Of a stretch of 64,000 bases of DNA, positions 63,996 through 64,000 are shown piece by piece. The stretch covers positions 20,247,622 through 20,311,621 of the forward strand of contig JASCQW010000148.1 of NCBI GenBank assembly GCA_030264375.1, read 5' to 3'. The notes under the pieces are model-generated. The model was not told the origin of the DNA, did no database searches, and saw nothing but the letters and a program-made list of their open reading frames with translations. The DNA is from Carcharhinus longimanus (Eukaryota). Made by a program: the position numbers and the translations under genes. The first letter of the stretch is position 1. Each line of letters begins with the position of its first letter.

Positions 63996-64000
63996 TTTTT

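Overview
AT-rich, repeat-dense vertebrate genomic DNA, almost certainly from a shark/elasmobranch (HE1-type tRNA SINEs, CR1, L2, RTE, Penelope and Harbinger relics), in a fragmented assembly with many 100-N gaps. The main gene is an NR5A nuclear receptor on the + strand, most like NR5A1/SF-1. Three coding exons are visible with canonical splice sites: zinc finger 1 (31390-31508), zinc finger 2 (31898-32039) and FTZ-F1 box/hinge/LBD start (50907-51547). The remaining LBD exons were not found and probably lie beyond the window. About 17 kb upstream on the same strand is a lone 82-bp IQ-motif exon (14301-14382) resembling SPATA17 exon 3. I could not find its neighbouring exons, nor the NR6A1 exons expected upstream of NR5A1. 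A CpG-rich domain (about 27.9-32.8 kb) covers the promoter and DBD exons and may also fire an antisense transcript. Points worth follow-up: the possible nesting or altered synteny, an NR5A2-like in-frame N-terminal extension, candidate autoregulatory enhancers in introns 3 and 4, minimal hammerhead-ribozyme cores in Penelope termini, a 5'-inverted RTE, and a family of Harbinger MITEs. All homology calls are from recognition by eye, not database searches, and repeat boundaries are approximate unless TIR or TSD coordinates are given.
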